A stretch of DNA of 41,071 bases, taken from sequence record SRR22947725_530; one strand, 5' to 3'. The notes beneath the pieces were generated by a model. It did no database searches and had not been told where the DNA came from. It saw only the letters and a program-made list of their open reading frames with translations. Within the stretch, counting starts at the first letter, position 1, and each line of letters opens with the position of its first letter. A program made the translations under genes and the position numbers. Below are positions 37,847-41,071 of this stretch, in pieces.

Positions 37847-39526
37847 ATGTGCGCAAAAGCGACAATGGAGGAATTCGAAGCCCTCTTGAATGAAAGCTTC
37901 GATATAGACACACCTGATGAAGGGTCTGTCGTAAAAGGTAAAGTAATCGCAATCGAATCTGGCCAAGCCATAATTGATGTTGGTTATAAAATGGAAGGTC
38001 GAATTGACCTTAAAGAATTTGCAAACCCTGGCCAAGCACCTGAGATTGAAGTTGGAGATACTGTAGAAGTATTCCTCGATCGTGTTGAAAATCAACGCGG
38101 TGAAGCTGTAATCTCGCGTGAAAAAGCTCGCCGCGAGGAAGCTTGGGACAGATTGGAAAAAGCACATGCTTCAGAAGAGCGTGTTGATGGCGCAATATTT
38201 GGTCGCGTAAAAGGTGGTTTCACAGTGGATTTAGGTGGTGCAGTTGCATTCTTGCCAGGATCACAAGTGGATGTACGCCCAGTAAGAGACGCTGGTCCAT
38301 TAATGGGTATGGCTCAGCCATTTATCGTTTTGAAAATGGATCGTCGTCGTGGCAACATCGTTGTATCACGTCGAGCAATACTAGAAGAATCTCGTGCTGA
38401 ACAACGTGCTGAAATAGTAGGTAAATTAGCTGAAGGTGATGCGGTAGATGGTGTAGTTAAGAACATCACTGATTATGGTGCATTCGTTGATCTAGGTGGC
38501 GTCGATGGATTGCTTCACGTGACAGATATGGCATGGTCAAGAGTTAATCATCCTTCAGAAGTTCTAACAATTGGTGAAACAATTAAAGTTCAAGTGATTA
38601 AAATCAACAAAGATACACATCGTATATCTTTGGGAATGAAACAATTGCAGGATGATCCTTGGGGTGATGTTGCTGGTCGCTTCCCATTAGAATCACTACA
38701 CACAGGTAGAGTAACAAATATTACTGATTATGGTGCATTTGTTGAGCTTGAGCCTGGTGTTGAAGGCTTAGTGCATGTTTCAGAAATGTCTTGGACAAAG
38801 AAAAATGTACACCCTGGTAAAATTGTTTCAACTTCACAAGAAGTTGAAGTAATGGTTCTAGAAATTGAAACAGACAAACGTCGAGTTTCATTGGGTCTAA
38901 AACAAACACAAGGTAACCCTTGGGAAGGCTTTGCAAAGAACTTCCCTGAAGGAGCTGAAGTGGAAGGTGAAGTTAAGAACATCACTGAATTTGGTTTGTT
39001 TATTGGGCTTGAAGGTGAAATAGACGGTATGGTTCATTTGTCAGATTTGGCATGGGATCAATCAGGTGAAGAAGCTTTAGCTAACTACAAAAAAGGTGAC
39101 ATAGTTAAAGCAGTAGTTATTGATGTGGATGCAGAAAAAGAACGCATTTCACTATCAGTCAAAAACCTAGGCCAAGATCCATTTGCTGAAGCTGTTTCGG
39201 GTGTAAAGCGCGGTGCAGTTGTAACAGTAGAAGTGACATCGATTGAAGAAGGTGGCATTGAAGTTGAATACGATGGTATGAAAGCATTCATTCGTAGATC
39301 AGACTTATCACGTGACCGAGCAGAACAACGCCCAGAGCGCTTCAGTGTTGGAAATAAACTAGATGCGCGTGTAACATCAATTGATGCCAAAACACGTAAA
39401 CTTGGTTTATCAATTAAAGCACGAGAAATTGCAGAAGAAAAAGAAGCTGTTGAACAGTATGGCTCTTCAGATTCAGGTGCATCATTGGGAGATATCCTAG
39501 GTGCAGCTTTAAAAAGCAACGATTAA
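37847..39526 (+). CDS. rpsA: 30S ribosomal protein S1
   Basis: Six S1 repeats (NITDYGAFVDLGGVDGLLH, NITDYGAFVELEPGVEGLVH, NITEFGLF), C-terminal SLGDILGAAL. Confidence 0.99.
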   Translation: MCAKATMEEFEALLNESFDIDTPDEGSVVKGKVIAIESGQAIIDVGYKMEGRIDLKEFANPGQAPEIEVGDTVEVFLDRVENQRGEAVISREKARREEAWDRLEKAHASEERVDGAIFGRVKGGFTVDLGGAVAFLPGSQVDVRPVRDAGPLMGMAQPFIVLKMDRRRGNIVVSRRAILEESRAEQRAEIVGKLAEGDAVDGVVKNITDYGAFVDLGGVDGLLHVTDMAWSRVNHPSEVLTIGETIKVQVIKINKDTHRISLGMKQLQDDPWGDVAGRFPLESLHTGRVTNITDYGAFVELEPGVEGLVHVSEMSWTKKNVHPGKIVSTSQEVEVMVLEIETDKRRVSLGLKQTQGNPWEGFAKNFPEGAEVEGEVKNITEFGLFIGLEGEIDGMVHLSDLAWDQSGEEALANYKKGDIVKAVVIDVDAEKERISLSVKNLGQDPFAEAVSGVKRGAVVTVEVTSIEEGGIEVEYDGMKAFIRRSDLSRDRAEQRPERFSVGNKLDARVTSIDAKTRKLGLSIKAREIAEEKEAVEQYGSSDSGASLGDILGAALKSND

Positions 39527-39538
39527 TAAATAAATATG

Positions 39539-39571
39539 AAAATAGCGCTGATTATTCAGCGCTATTTTTTT
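39539..39571 (+). terminator. Intrinsic terminator after rpsA
   Basis: AAAATAGCGCTGA-TTAT-TCAGCGCTATTTT followed by further Ts. Confidence 0.88.
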
Positions 39572-39772
39572 GCCTACGATTCGAAATTATACAGATATTA
39601 AGAACAATTACTGATTATTTGATGGCGAAATTAAAAAATAATAACTAATTTATTAAAAAATAGTACCTAAATAAGGTTTTCTAGGACTTTTTTAGTTCAG
39701 GGACTTTGCACAATGATTAAAATCTGCAACTATATTTTCAGTTTCATGTAATGGTTTCAGGGAGATGCAATA

Positions 39773-40054
39773 ATGATACGTTCTGAATTGGTGGAAAAAA
39801 TAGCTGCTGAGAACCCACATTTATTCCAACGCGATATAGAGCGAATTATTGGAACTGTTTTTGACGAAATTATTGATGCAATGTCTAATGGTAATCGTGT
39901 GGAGCTGCGTGGTTTTGGTTCTTTTTCTGTTAAACAGAGAGAAGCCCGTAGAGGTAGAAACCCGAGAACAGGTGAAACTGTTGATGTTGAAGAAAAACAT
40001 GTCCCCTTTTTTAAGACTGGTAAGCTTTTACGTGACCGTTTAAATGATAGTTAA
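39773..40054 (+). CDS. ihfB: Integration host factor subunit beta
   Basis: [37 protein letters not shown]. Downstream of rpsA. Confidence 0.97.
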   Translation: MIRSELVEKIAAENPHLFQRDIERIIGTVFDEIIDAMSNGNRVELRGFGSFSVKQREARRGRNPRTGETVDVEEKHVPFFKTGKLLRDRLNDS

Positions 40055-40087
40055 ATATTTATAAGCCATTTATTATAAAAGGCATTC

Positions 40088-40429
40088 ATGCGCATTATTC
40101 GATTAAGTATAATTTTTTTCATATCGGTTTTTTTATTGATTTTAGCATTATTAAATCGCCAATATGTAGATTTTCGTTTTTTTCCAGTTAACCTATCGGA
40201 TCAGATGGGTATATTAGGCGGTGCATCTATCCCTCTTTTCTTACTAATATTAGGCAGTGTTTTATTAGGCTTACTTCTTGGTTTTTTTGGAGAGTATTTA
40301 CGTGAACATAAACATCGCAAAGCTCTCTCACAAAAAACAAAAAAAGTTAAAGTTTTAGAAAATGAAATCAAAAAATTAAAAAACATTAATAACAATGAAG
40401 CAGATCAAATTCTTGAATTACTTAAATAA
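40088..40429 (+). CDS. LapA-family (DUF1049-like) membrane protein
   Basis: Two TM segments (..ALLNRQ.V; PLF....LLG...GEYLRE) and a coiled C-terminal tail. Canonical position after ihfB. Confidence 0.8.
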   Translation: MRIIRLSIIFFISVFLLILALLNRQYVDFRFFPVNLSDQMGILGGASIPLFLLILGSVLLGLLLGFFGEYLREHKHRKALSQKTKKVKVLENEIKKLKNINNNEADQILELLK

Positions 40430-40499
40430 ATTCTGCATTTAGTTATTTCAATTATAATAATTCTAACGAATTCAACTTAAAGTATGAAAAGATAAATTA

Positions 40500-41071
40500 A
40501 TGCGTGTAAAAATATGTGGATTAACAACGCTTGATACGCTCAGTGGGGCTATTAATGCTGGTGCAGCATATGTTGGCTTTGTGTTTTATGAAAAGTCACC
40601 TCGACACCTCAGTATTGAAAAAGCAAGTCAGATGGCGAAAGCTGTACCAGAAGGTATATGTAAAACTGCGTTGGTGGTTGATCCTACTGATAATGATCTG
40701 GATTTATTGTTAGATAAGATCCCAGTGGACATGATACAACTTCATGGCCACGAAAGCGCTGAGCGTGTATCAGAAGTCAAAGATAAATTTGGCTTACCAG
40801 TAATGAAAGCAGTTGGGATTTCTGATGAGTCAGATTTAATTCATTTAAATGAATATAGTAGAATCTCCGATCAAATATTAGTTGATGCAAAGCCATCCAA
40901 AAATTCAATTCTTCCTGGAGGCAATGGTTTATCGTTTGATTGGCGACTTTTGGCTGGACGAAGATGGGCAACGCCATGGATGCTTGCTGGAGGATTAAAC
41001 CCAGATAATTTAATTGAAGCAGCTAAACTTACTGGAGCAACGCAATTTGATGTTTCCTCTGGTGTTGAGAC
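40500..41071 (+). CDS. trpF: Phosphoribosylanthranilate isomerase, 3'-truncated by window edge (absent from the ORF track)
   Basis: Manual translation from ATG 40500: MRVKICGL...YVGFVF..KSPR...IQLHGHE...PGGNGLSFDW...MLAGGL...DVSSGVE. Confidence 0.96.
   Translation, partial: MRVKICGLTTLDTLSGAINAGAAYVGFVFYEKSPRHLSIEKASQMAKAVPEGICKTALVVDPTDNDLDLLLDKIPVDMIQLHGHESAERVSEVKDKFGLPVMKAVGISDESDLIHLNEYSRISDQILVDAKPSKNSILPGGNGLSFDWRLLAGRRWATPWMLAGGLNPDNLIEAAKLTGATQFDVSSGVE

Noticed and set aside
38450..39060. Repeated nucleotide segments in rpsA (e.g. ACTGATTATGGTGCATT)
   Set aside because: They reflect the tandem S1 protein domains, not a DNA repeat element.
37698..39519. Several antisense ORFs over rpsA (up to 144 aa) and similar short shadow ORFs throughout the track
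   Set aside because: They overlap confident genes, lack RBS and motifs, and are explained by codon bias on the coding strand.
40531..40977. ORF-track calls 40531..40713 (+) and 40777..40977 (-)
   Set aside because: They lie within the real trpF frame starting at 40500, which the track missed because it has no stop codon in the window.
1..41071. Mobile elements, prophage, CRISPR array, defence system, tRNA or rRNA genes
   Set aside because: No transposase, integrase, phage or Cas-like proteins, no regularly spaced repeats, and no tRNA/rRNA-like sequence seen in the short intergenic regions.

Overview
AT-rich, gene-dense core-genome segment of a marine-type Rhodobacteraceae alphaproteobacterium. 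The gene set, gene order and compaction suggest a streamlined Roseobacter-group lineage such as Amylibacter/NAC11-7; this is an inference. About 40 CDS, nearly all housekeeping: trpS, murJ-glnD, rsmI, gshB, cobU, rpoH2, coaBC-dut-moeB-like-MOSC, dcp, a GcvT-family flavoprotein, fabA-fabB-fabI, irr, miaB-phoH-ybeY-corC-lnt-metK, trmB-aroA-cmk, rpsA-ihfB-lapA-trpF. I found no mobile element, prophage, CRISPR array, rRNA or tRNA, and no evidence for a new multi-gene system. The most notable signals are small-scale: (1) a variant SAM/SAH riboswitch before metK, (2) a sigmaE-type promoter before rpoH2, (3) a rhomboid-fold protein lacking the catalytic Ser/His, (4) two orphan secreted proteins inserted among conserved genes, (5) a membrane-anchored MoeB/ThiF enzyme coupled to a MOSC protein, and (6) several palindromes and leader structures.
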